Source: Paraspadella gotoi (lineage: Eukaryota; Animalia; Chaetognatha). From it: 64,000 nucleotides of DNA. How positions within the stretch are numbered: the first letter of the stretch is position 1; the number at the start of each line of letters is the position of its first letter. The notes beneath the pieces are model-generated. The model was given only the letters and a program-made list of their open reading frames with translations, made no database searches and was not told where the DNA came from. This document shows, in pieces, positions 13,031 through 25,400 of this stretch. The stretch lies in assembly GCA_051294375.1 (NCBI GenBank), contig CM119267.1, forward strand, positions 26,241,293 through 26,305,292, given 5' to 3'. The translations under genes and the position numbers were made by a program.

Positions 13031-14018
13031 TTTTTTATCGTCGCAATCGCTTTGCGTTTGCGACGATATTGCTTTGGTTTTGCTCATTAGTGGCGTCGTC
13101 ATCGTCGTTGGCGTTCCAAATTATCGATCGCCTTTTTTATGATTAAATTTGGGTGTATGAAGCTGAAAATTTATATACAGCTTCTCTTCATCGATGTGCT
13201 TAAAATTGAGTCTGGACAGTTATTAAATATGTTTTGTTTACGTTTTATCAAAACAAACAAATTTTCTCTTGCTGCTTCTGCTGGGTGCCTCTGCTGCTGC
13301 CGCTGCTGATTCATCCGAAAACGATTTGGCTTCTCTCTCTCTCATTCTCTCTCTCCGTTTTAATTTTTAAAAAAAATTTGAAAACGATTTGGCTTCTCTC
13401 TCTCTCTCCGTTTTAATTTTTAAAAAAATTTGAATGAGGATTGAACTCTTAAAATTAGGCATCTCATTCGTGCATGTTATCATTTTGCAATCGCGGGTTT
13501 TTAATTCGTTCTTTTTCCTCGTCACTCTCTCTTTATTTTTATTTTTCTTTCTTTCCTTTCTATTCTTTTTTTCCTTTCTATTCTTTCTTTCCTTTCTATT
13601 CTTTCTTTCCTTTCTATTCTTCCTTTTCTTTCTAATCTTTCTTTCCTTTCTATTCTTTTTTTCCTTTCTATTCTCTCTTTCCTTTCTATTCTTTCTTTCC
13701 TTTTTATTTTTTTTTATTTCTATTCTTTCTTTCCTTTCTATTCTTTCTTTCCATTTTATTCTTTTTTTCCTTTCTATTCTTTCTTTCCTTTTTATTCTTT
13801 TTTTCCTTTCTATTCTTTCTTTCCTTTTTATTTTTCTTTCTTTTCTATTTTTCTTTCCTTTCTATTATTTCTTTATATTTATTCTTTTCTTCTTTTTCTT
13901 TCTGTTTATAAATTAATTTTATTTTTTCAAATTTTATTTATTTTTTTTAGTATCAAAATTTGTCGTCAATCCAGATTTTTCTTATGCGATTGCGACGATA
14001 CTTATGCTTTTAAGATTT
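13031..14018 (+). mobile_element. DINE-1/Helentron-associated-like element, ATCGTCGCAAT family (also 44805-45510, 51747-60352 interrupted, ~60645 onward)
   Basis: 5' subTIR ATCGTCGCAAT with a nearby inverted copy, internal CT-rich simple repeat, and 3' ATTGCGACGAT followed by a short stem-loop in T-rich sites. Confidence 0.65.
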
Positions 14019-14348
14019 ATTAGATTTAATTTTTTTCTCTTACTTTCAGTAAGTTTTCTGAAAAAAATTAAAATAAAATAATATTAATATTATTATTTTC
14101 TGAAAGCCCTTTCAAATCTAAAGAGAATGACGTACTTACTACGAATACTGTAATATAAAATTTAACTGACCCAGCTTTAATTTAAGATACTTAGGAAAAA
14201 CAGTTTTAAATTGTGGCAACGAATTTTTTGACAAAAAAAAAATTCGTTGCCACAATTAAAAACTGTTTTTCCTAAATCCTAAAACAACGAAATCGAAAGT
14301 CTATACATAATGTCTACAAATTAAGATACTCAAAAACGAGACATCTTT

Positions 14349-15416
14349 TTAAGAGGAAGGGTCATTCAGCATAACAATGCGTAATCATTTATGTATTAGA
14401 GCTAATACATCGAGAAATACATTATAGCCATCAGTAATCACAAAAAAATAAGTTTTTATTTATATATAAACATTCTGTTTTCAATAATTTTTTTTAAATC
14501 GGTAAATAACAAAATTGTCAAGTTAAATCGGTAAGCATATTTTTTAAAGATTTGTTTTTCAATCTGATTATTAAAAAATTCTAGGTAAGAAGTTAAAACA
14601 CAGTAAAGGGATATTTAGAAGAGGAGAATTAAACAATTAATCTTGTTACTCTGTCGGTTTTCCAGTCATGAACAAAATCTTCAGTTAAAAAGATGGTAAT
14701 GTGGACGCAACAAGAATTTTGAGCTACAATGAATTTACACTGAATTTGAGGTTCAGCCTAAACGACTAAATAATATGATTAAAATTTGATTAGCAATCTT
14801 AAAAACAATTTATCCATGGTATAATCCTTTCTTTCGTTGTTTTTGAGAGAATTACAAAGTTTTTGATTTAATTTGTACAACGATTTTATTTTTTATCTTA
14901 GCAGACATGTTTCGGCTCACAAATTCGAGCCTTCATCAGCGCTTTTTTACAGTTAAGATAAAAAATAAAATCGTTGTACAAATTAAATCAAAAACTTTGT
15001 AAAACAATTGTAAAAATGTAATAGAGAGACATTTTGATAAACGCGTTCCAGTTAGGAAGAATTCAGGGTTAAAGTTTAAAAATGTTTAATTTTCAAGGAT
15101 ACAAGTTGAAATTCAAAAATGTTTAATTTTCAAGGATACAAGTTGAAATTTAAAAATGTCTCTCTATTACATTTTTCGAATTCACTAATTGAAAATTGAT
15201 GAAAAATATCAGATGGATTGGCTTTTTCGTTTGACCTGTAACTCTTCAGATAGGTTCTTTTATTTTATATTATAATTAAAACCGATATAAAATGGTGAAG
15301 AATGTATCAAATGTTTAATGTGAATACATTTTGGGAATCGCCAGAAGCTCAGCTTTTTGAATCTGTACTCTCTTTTGGCCTATTTTTAAGTTGAATTGAA
15401 TGACCCTTTTTCTTAA
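14349..15416. mobile_element. TTAA-flanked TIR element (Kolobok-like); second copy 40501-41846
   Basis: ttaaGAGGAAGGGTCATTCA ... TGAATGACCCTTTTTCttaa; colinear similarity between the two copies. Confidence 0.7.
14900..14943 (-). ncRNA. Minimal Penelope-type hammerhead ribozyme
   Basis: AGCG CTGATGA aGGCTC gaatttgt GAGCC GAA ACATGT C TGCT: intact core, palindromic stem III, 4-bp stem I. Confidence 0.8.
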
Positions 15417-16403
15417 ATTTAAATATATGATTTTTATCAAATTGTGATTGGCTATCTTAAATCCTTTTTTCTCAGGCTCTTTTATGAATATATATAAATA
15501 ATAATATTTTATGTTATAATAATTTAAACATGTAATATATTTTGAAAAAAGATTTAAATTTTTAAATAATTCACTTTTGACACTTTTAATTGAACCAAGG
15601 CTGTGCAGCTTACTTTTTATGTTAGAGCTTTCGTAAGTATATCATTCTCTTCTTATTTTAAGAGCTTTCTGGGGTATTATATTGTTAATATTTTAATAAA
15701 TACTTTGTTTAAAAAACTGCTAAAAAGTTTTAAAAAAAAGAATTTAATTTAAAAACAGTGAGTTGGAAAATGAAACCCGATTTGAAAAGCCAACTTTCTC
15801 TACTCATTATCAGGGCATATCTTAACTGATCAATATAAAATTTTAACACATAAATGGTTTTAGTATTTTATACTTCACTAATTTTTAAAATCAATGAAAT
15901 AACCACTGGTTTACAAATGTATTTCTACCGGCGCTTGTAAAATTGTCACCATGTATCTTGTAACCCGGCTCTAGGCAACGTGGATGATTTTGGGTTGATA
16001 AGCATTTTTAGAATTTAGACAACGCGTATTTTCAGTTTCAATCATGTAAGTTTTTTAATAGTCTTCACATATTTATTTTCAATTTTTTGTCCGTTTTTTT
16101 AATAGCCTATCTACAGCTTTTGCTTGAACTCTGTTTGACATCAGGAAATTCTCCTTTTTTTAAAAAACCTTTCTCGATCCTAACTTATTTTCAGCTTTTT
16201 TTGTTTTTTTTTTGTCAAATAAAAATACAAATTTTCACTATTTTTCATCAGCGACTCTCTCGTTCATCATGTGCTATAAATCTTCCACTATCGAAACTTC
16301 TAATCATTCCTTGCAAAATGTCGTCGAAATAAAACGTATCCAAAAAAAAAAGGAAAAGTAAATAACTCGTCCACTGAGGATTTGTTCACATGTTATCCTT
16401 GTG

Positions 16404-19400
16404 ATGGCGTCTTCGAGTACGAGTTCTTACGGACTTCCTATGGGGGTTAACCCTGGACTTCCTCCACCTGGCGGCGGCACTGCGAGTGGAGGAATCGTCG
16501 GCGGTGGTGGTGGCGGTGGTGGTGGTGGTGGTCTGTTTAAAAACTGTCTTATGAATCGGTCTATGGGGAGAGACGGATCTTGGCAAGGACGCGTGGACGT
16601 TCTGCTCACAGCCTTCGTCCCTTCTGAATGGGAATTGTCGGAAGAGACGCTGAAGGTAAAACTAAACGAACTCTATTTCCTTTCCATGTTTCCTTTTCTT
16701 CATCCTAATCTCCTTCTTTCCCTTTTCCATTGGAGGTGGCGAAAGACGAACTGCACGAGGATCCCGAAACGCGGGGCGACTACGTGGAGACGGTGCAGGA
16801 GATGAGGATCTCGCGACCCGACCTCGACTTTCTCCGCACGGACGAGGCCTTCGTCCTCCGCTTCCTTCGAGCGCGCAAGTTTTGTCACATGGAAGCCTTC
16901 CAACTTTTCGCCCGCTACTTTGAATTTCGCCAACGAAATCCCGCCATTTTTAAAAACTTTTCCGCGTCGGAGCCGGACATCAGGGACGCCCTCTTCGACG
17001 GGTTTCCGGGCGTTCTTCCGCATCGAGACCATTTCGGCAGAGTCATCCTCACGATGTTCACCTCCAATTGGGATGAGAGCCATTACTCTTTGATATCCAT
17101 TTACCGCGCGGTGCTTCTCACTTTAGAAAAGTTGATAGAGGTAATTAAGACTATGGATCCTTTTCTTCTTGTTTTAAAAAAATAATTATAGGATGGCAAC
17201 AGCCGGGTTGCCTGTAATGGCCATTGGGATGGGGCATCTCACTGTTGGCTTTGGGGGCTTCCGACCCTCAGTGACGCCTCCAGTCACTGGCGCGGTTACC
17301 CTAGGACGATCTCGCTTTGCCAACGCAGAGGGAAGTCGTTAGGACTGTGGATGGAACACTACGCCTGGGATAGTGTGTTCCCCCTCTGAGCCAATGGATT
17401 TGGCTGACGGATGGTGGACGTGAGGCGGTGTGAATATACCACCACAATAGTTAATTTTTATGAGTAACATTTTAATGAAATGAATATTGATTAATTCCGA
17501 TTAGAATTTCTTACTCTCGTGTCTCGAACCGTCTCAGGTTCCGGAGACGCAAATCCACGGTTTCGTCATGATCGTGGACTGGACGGAATTCTCCTTCAAG
17601 CAATCCACCAAACTCAGTCCTAAAATGATGAAGCTGATCGTGGAGGGACTGCAAGTCAGTGTTTCAGTCTATTCTGCGATTCGTTTCAATTCGAGCAAAC
17701 TGAGAAAGAAAATCCTGATTTGAGTTTTTCCTTGATTCTTCAGGATTGTTTTCCCGCGAGATTCGGTGGAATCCACTTCATTAATCAACCCTGGTACGTC
17801 GAGGCTGCCTTCAAGATGGTGCGTCCCTTTCTTAAGGAGAAAAACAGAGAAAGAATATTCATGCATGGCAACAATCTTACGGGTCTCCACCATCAGATTC
17901 ACAAGTAAAGTCACACGGGAGAGGTGAAACATATACCCCGTGTCCGTTCGCGAGTGACATCAAAAAAATACATGTATTTACTATCTAGGAAAAAAGTTAG
18001 AAACATTTTTAATTGAGGATATCTACTTGAAAACTTGTTCGATTTTTAAAAAATCAGGATGTTTCAGATTCTACACTAAATTTCCTTTCAGTTGCTTCCT
18101 TCCATTTTTTCGTAGATCCAACCGTATAGAAGTTAGAGGCAAAATAAGATTGCTACCTCAAGTGAAAAATGGCGGAAAAAATATTAATAATTATAATTCA
18201 TAAGTATATCATTAGTTGGAAAACTACTGGACGTTTTTTATGTATAGGTTTCATTTCGTGTTTAATTCATTTACTATTAAAAGTTAAATTTTTTATCTAA
18301 CACAGTAAAATTGGCAAAAAAAGACCATTATAGGCGTCTTCTTGATTGAATTTTAAAAAAATTTTACATCATAAGAAATTCCTATTAAGGGTCTAATCAA
18401 TGGCGTATCTGAATTATTGTAATGTTGTTATTTTTTTAATTGTAAATCTTAAGTTTTCTTTATACAATTTGTTCAATTAGAAAAAAATGCTGTCCTGAGC
18501 ATGTTCTTGACCGTTTTGAATAATTATTTTATATCTTAAGGATTCCCAGATAATTCTTAATTTAATGGCGTAAATAAATTTTAATAATTTTAAGTAATTA
18601 ATGAGTAATTAATTTATGATAATTTTCTTTTTTAAAAGATTCAGTTTTTTACTGAAAATAAAATTTGATGACCATTAAAGAAAGGTTGTTTTACATAAGT
18701 AAATAACAAATTAATTTTATGAAATTAATATATAATAAACGTCCAGTACTATGCTATAGAATAATGAAAGAAAATTTAACACTCGCGAACGGACATAGGG
18801 TATAAAACAAAAAATATAAAAACTAGAATTATATGTTATTATCTTGAAAGAGAGATGGAGGCCTAAACCCACCATAGCCTGTCCAAAGTCAGAGTCAGGA
18901 TTAGATTCAATTTTGACCGGGAGAAATGTTCGTAGACCTCAACGGAGCACGTCTATCGATTCGTCTTTTCATGGGCTATCTTTTGGTATTAGTTTCAAAA
19001 GAAAAAAAAATTATCCTAGGGTGTTACAGAAGCGTCAAAGTGCCACGAGCGTCAATTATTAGATTTTTAATAAAATTATTTGTGTTAAATGATAGAAACC
19101 AGTTGTAATTGTAATTTTTTATAAATTTTATTAACATAATTTGTGCAGAATTATTATACTTAACTTAACTTTAAATCCTAAACCATAATTGATCCTCGAA
19201 AAAATTAGTATAGAAAATATTCAGTTTAAGTAACACTTCCGGTCCAGCAGCGTTAAAAACGCTGCTGGACCGGAAGTGTTACCCAAACTGAATATTTTCT
19301 ATACTAATTTTTTCGAGGATCAATTATATTCATTTATTTTTTTATTCAGCCTCAAAAAACAATAAAAGCAATAAAAATATACATTTATTAACATATTTTT

Positions 19401-22400
19401 GTATTTAAAGTCATTTTATTTCGTAGTTTTTTGGTGCTCTCTGTAAACTTTTCAATACCTTGCAGCATCTCGTCATGCTGCTTTTGGTCATAGGTAAATT
19501 CACCATAAAATTCAGCCACAACTAAGTGCTCTCATCATTTAAATTAGAGAATCCATTGAAAACAAAACAAAAACTGTAGTCAAATTCGTCTTTAGGGCTA
19601 TTCTGCGTAGGTTTGGTAAAAAAAGGGAAATTTATAAAAAAATGAATTTTTTTGAATTTAAAAAAATTATGTATAACAAATAAAATATAGTGGGCATTGC
19701 CAAGTTTCACGCCATATCGATATCAATCCTTGAAAAGATTAATAAATCATTTGTGCAGAATTATTATACTTAACTTCCCCTTCAAATGTAGCAACTCAGT
19801 CCCTTTCTCTGTGGGCCGAGTGTCCACCAAAACGACGGCTACAGGAGGAAGGAGAGGAGTCCACCACTCCTGTCGCAAAAGCGGCAAGAACGGACAACCG
19901 CCCACCTCGTCAGCAGGCGAGACGAGGGCAGTCGGAAGGCGTAACAGGCCAGAGAGACATAAGAGTGGCATTAGGAATTCTTCCACAAGGCGAAATCCCC
20001 GACCCATCCATCGTCAGCTCAGTAGCCCTCTCCTCTCAACCAATGACGCGCTCATGACCCAGCCTATCAGCCCCGTCCCCCATTTGCTCTACCAAGGGGG
20101 GCCAACTCATTTTGAGCTCTTTCTTAATTCTTACATTTCTCTTTTCTCTTTAACTTATCTATCCCTAATCAAATGCACATTTCAAATTTCACATTCTTCT
20201 TTTCACTTAATTTATTACTATTAGTTAATTGTTAAAAACCACTATTGTAAAGAATAGTCGTACGTTTACTGAATAGCTGTATTGCACTGCATAGTCGTAC
20301 TAGCGCTGCTTACGGCGTCGTCGATATTTGTTTATTTGAGTTGCCTAGTTACTGAAATCTTCACTACCGTTTTTGAGGCGCAGTAAGACGATTCGACGTT
20401 ACGAGTTTTTGAAACAAGATTATTTTGAGGAAAAACGTAAAAATCCCTAACTGCCCAAAATGTAAGATGAAATTGTAAAATGTAATTCGACATTGTATTT
20501 GATAAATAATATTTCTGCAGAGTTTGAACACTTCACTTCGCCTTCACTTCACATCCTACAATAAACTACTCTTCGTTGAAACTCACGGGCATTTTAACAT
20601 TTAGACAGATTTTTTGATAGGCTTTTGTAGTGGAAATTCGATTTCATAACTATTCAGTTTTAAAAACTTTATATCATTGTTGTACATTGCACTAATGTCT
20701 CTCTCTCTCTCTCAATTGACCATTTTCACTTCTTCTTCACAACTCACTCATTCTGCCCTTAACTTCAACCTGTCCTCACCTCTGACCACCATTCTTTCTT
20801 ACCACTTTGTTGGAAAACTTTTCTCTCTCTCTCTCTCTCTCACACTCTTCTTTAACACAAAAATTTTCACAATATTTAAAACTGATATTTGCTGATGAAG
20901 ACTTGTACAAAAGTCGAAACATGTCCATTGAATAAAATAAATCGTTGTAGTAAAAACTTTTTCGTCTCTTCTACTAAAAAATTAATTTTAAAAGAGCCAA
21001 AATTTATTTAAACTTGTTTTTAACCTATGTGAATTATGGTATTTACTGAACTGGTGTTGTAAGTAAAAGCAATTCAGAAAAGCAGAGTATCCTCCGGTAG
21101 ATATGCAATTCAGCGAATCATTTGGTTTAATCAAATTCTAGACAAAAACTTCCGGTTATTATTATAAATATTTAAAAACAAATGATAAAAAAGCAATATT
21201 ATAAATAGCTTCAGCATGTCATTTTCTAGTTCTAAATATGTTTCCAACTATGTTTTTATATAAATAAAAAAAAATTACCGACTTAGTCATGAAATTATGT
21301 TTTTGGCGCCAGTCACGTGACTTTAACGCTTTTGTAACACCCTAGAACATATTTTTAAACACTTAAAAACTACACCAATAGATAGCCCATAAAAAGACGA
21401 ATCGATAGACGTGCTCCGTTGTGGTCTACGAACATTTCTCCCGGTCAAAATTGAATCTAGTCCAGATATTGTAGCTTATTTATAAAATATATACAGAAGG
21501 CTTCATATTATAAAATGTGGTACCCCTTTTTTGTGACCAGAACACGTTCTGAGAAAACTACTGAAAAGAATTTAATGAAATTTTGCTTGCGGAGTACCAG
21601 TATTGATACAAATGGAACTATCGAGGCGAATTTTTACATTCCACCTCTAAGCTGAGATAAGGGGCCCTGAAGGGGCAGCCCCTGAGGGGCACAAAGGGTC
21701 AAAAAATTTTTTCAACACTTTTTTTATTATTTTTGTTTTGAACAGTTGAACGTACGTTACTCTTCACAAAAACATATTTATTACCTCAAAAATATTTATT
21801 TACCTTAATTGTTAGCTTCAGTGACATCAGCAGTTAAAGTCAGATTTGGAATAATTTGGGAAAATTGGAAGTAAAACGATGAACCATGCATCTTCAACCA
21901 TGCTTAATTATTGCAAATTTATCAATTTTAGTTCTAAAATGTTTTTTTTCTTATGTTTAAAACATCAATGCACCTGATGCTACTAAAGAATTTTGAAAAA
22001 TGAAAAAAAATTTTTAGCATTTTTGGGCCCCAGGGGTCCACCCCAGGGCCCTGTATCTCTTGTCAGGTTGAATATCAAAATTCGCCTCGATAGTTCCATA
22101 TAGTATTAGCACTCTAAATGTAAAATTTCATTAAATTCGCGAGTTGGTTGAGTTTTCTGGTCACAAAAAGGGGTACTACATTTTATAATATGAAGCCTTC
22201 TGTAGATTTTTTGTTTTTATGTTGTGGTTGTACCAATTTCAAGGTATTAGTACTTCTGCCCTCTCTACGAGAGACATTCCAGCGGAGTTGGGCGATCAGC
22301 GGCTCCCACAACATGCCTCGTGGCGCAGCAGCTCATGGGCGACGATTCCAGTTTCGCCTTTAGCGACAAACATATTTGGGCGAGAGAGGGCGCATCGCCT

Positions 22401-25400
22401 ACGAACGGTGAAAGAAGAAAAATAAGAGATAGAGAAAGAGAGAGAAGTGACAGAGAAAGAAAGAGGAGTGTCGTTTCAACTCGCTCCTTTTTCAACAACC
22501 AGATCTTAATCTCTTCTCGCGACACTGACTTCCTCGCCGAATCCAACGCGCCCCTCGCTTCCGAGACGATGATATACCGGAAGTGTCCGTCCACGCTGAG
22601 GCGCCTGCGATGCGGAGAGCGAATGGCGACCGACTTGGACGAAGACGACGTTCTTCGGCGGACTCCGCTTCGCTCTCGTCAGAGACATTCCCTGTGACCC
22701 ATACTCGACGCTGGCGCGACTCACTTGGACGTCGGAGTCCGCCTGGGCCGCAAGACTCGCGTGTCATTCAGCGACCATCTGTGTGAGCGTGCGCGCAGCG
22801 GCGGTTCCAGCTCCACCACCAGGTAGGCAAAGTTCGTCTCGATCATTGCAAGGGTAAACCGTCTCGCAACGCATTCGCTTGCAGACGTTATGGAACGATG
22901 GGCCCTAAAAATGCGGTGTCGTTGTTGTCGTCATTGTCGTCATCAGCGTTCCAAATTATAGTGCGCCTTTATATTTTATATTTGTATGAAGCTGAAAATT
23001 TAAATATATATATTCTTATCATCAAGGTTCTTGAAAACTGATGAGGTGATAAATTAAATGTATTTGCTTAATGTCATCACATGCACTAGTAGAATGTTAG
23101 ATACTTATTTTCACTATGGAGAAACAGTAGACCATTTTTCCCGCAAAATGTCATAGAAACTTCGGAAAACCACCATCGATTCGAAAAAAAAATTCTCTTT
23201 CGAATGATGTGCTATATGATTAACTTATTTAAAGATTTCGCTTGACCCAGCGGCGTCAAAGTTCCACATGCGTCAGATTCATTGATTTACGTATATTTTG
23301 AAACGTTAAAGGGATCTTATGTGATGTTTTTAATCATTATGGATTGAAATGAATGTAAAACTCCGATGTAGTTGTAGTTATTAAAAATTAATAAAAAGTA
23401 TTAAGCAAAATATACCGGAAGTGTAATTTTAATATTTTTAAACCAATTTATCTTCTCTCATGAAAGTGACGGCAAGAGCGAAACAATTCTTGCTTTGTTA
23501 TTGTTAACTGAATCTTTAAACTTGAAGTTCATAAGACACTTTGTTTGGCTTTGGGTGAGATGGACGATGTTCTTCAATGCCCTGAAGCATTGCTTCGTGT
23601 TGCGTTTTATTACGGGTTATTGAAACGTTGTAATCACTTGCAAATTACCTCTCCGCAGCATCATTGAGTGGCGAAAACCATTTACAAGCTTGCAGAATGA
23701 GTGGTAGTTGGGCGTTATCATTCCATTCTTCCACAGGTTTTGACAAAAAAGATGGCTCAAAGTGACAAAGCTGTGTAATAAATTATAATTGTCATTGAAA
23801 TTAAATATAATTAAATATAAAATTATTGATAAAATATTGCAAATGAACCTGAAAAAACAACCATGAATCAGCCGAAATGTAATCTTCTAATTTGCTGTTT
23901 TCATACACGCGTGGTATTTCCGGCTTCCCATTTCTACTTGGACCTTTTCAGAGCTCAAGAGGGCTTCAGCCATCGCCTTCTAGTTCAGATATTCGGTATG
24001 TAAATCAATCTTAGTGCAGCATGGGCCCCATCGCGATCCTTGATCGCCACGCCATTAGCAAGTATGACGCCGTCCGCAGTTTGAACTGGCTATAAGGGGA
24101 CAGTTTCAACTGCGCCTCTTTCTGTTCACGAAAACTGTCTTTTTTTCCCTCTGTTTTGGGGAATCCCCACCACTATTTTTTACGGGGATTACTGTTTGAA
24201 GCATTCTGCCTTATCCACGGCGGGGAATCCCCGCCACTATTTTGATGGGGATTGACGTTTGAAGCCCTGTCCCGCCGTGAATCATCATCATGGGCAGTCC
24301 TTATTATAAAAATATTTTAACTAAAAAGATAAGAAACCTTAACAATCCTAATTTAAAAATAAATAATTATTTGCATTTAGATTCATTCCTAAACCCTCTA
24401 TTTTATATCCTCCTCTCTCTCGGTCTACCTCTCTTTTTTATTTTCTATTTCATCTCTTTTCTCTCTCTCTCTCACTCTCTTTCAATCTATATCTCTCTCT
24501 CTCTCTCTCTCTTTCAATCTGTATCTCTCTCTTTTTCTCACTCTATTTCTTTTTTTTTCTATTTTTATCTCTCTCTCACTTTCTCTCTTTGTCTCTCTTT
24601 ACCTGTCTCTCTTTTTTTATTTTCATAAATCTCTCTGTCTCTGTCTCTTTTCTCTCTGTCTCTCTCTCTATCTCTCTCTCTCTTTCTCTCTCTTTGTATC
24701 TCTATCTCTATACTATATTGTGTTTCTTTCTTTCTTCTTTAATTATCTTTTCTTTTTTTCTTTTTCTTTTTTTTTTTTTCCTATATTTTTTCTTTCTTTT
24801 TTTTATTATTTTTTCTGTCATTAATATTTCTGTAGTGATTAAAAATATATTAAAAGAAAGCAAAGAAAAATTCAAATCTGTGACCCTCATTGTTATCGCT
24901 ATTGAGATACTTTAAGCCCAAAAAAACAAAGAACGTTTGAGAGAGAGAGAGATGAGAGAGATAGAGGAGAGAGAGTGGGCCATTTCTCGTCCCCGTCGAG
25001 AATTGGGGCGGGGATTTGCCGGGAATGATATCCCGGCGAAGACCGCCGCAGGGCGTAGTTGCGGTGAACTTATAGTTATCTTCCCCGAAACTGCGCAAAG
25101 TTTAACAGTTTAAACTGCGAGATATGCGCCGCGTAATATCTCGCCATTAGATCTTCATGAAGGGAGAGTAAGGATGGAGCATCCGCCATGAATGGACAGC
25201 AGAACCAGTAATAAAAATGAATGTACAAAATGTAATAAGACATCACCAAGACATCCATTTTCTGCTGGTGAATCAAAACGAAAAAATCACCAACGATCAG
25301 CATTTTGAGAATGTAGAGGCAGCTACCCATCCAACGGGCGTGATTTATCGTGCTAAGCCTTTTTGTCATGGGAAGTTGAGCTTCTTTGCCGATAAGAACT

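Larger units (their letters stand above)
12829..15953. mobile_element. TA-flanked TIR element with several nested insertions
   Basis: Perfect TIR CATGGTGACAATTTTACAAGCGCCGGTAGAAA; another end copy near 38545. Confidence 0.8.
18900..21460. mobile_element. Element bounded by >100-bp inverted repeats
   Basis: 18902-19050 is the reverse complement of ~21305-21460. Confidence 0.6.

Noticed and set aside
13434-13916. Hydrophobic F/L/S-rich ORFs (also 59867-60274, 24290-24915, 52512-52886)
   Set aside because: CT-rich simple repeats inside transposons, not membrane proteins.
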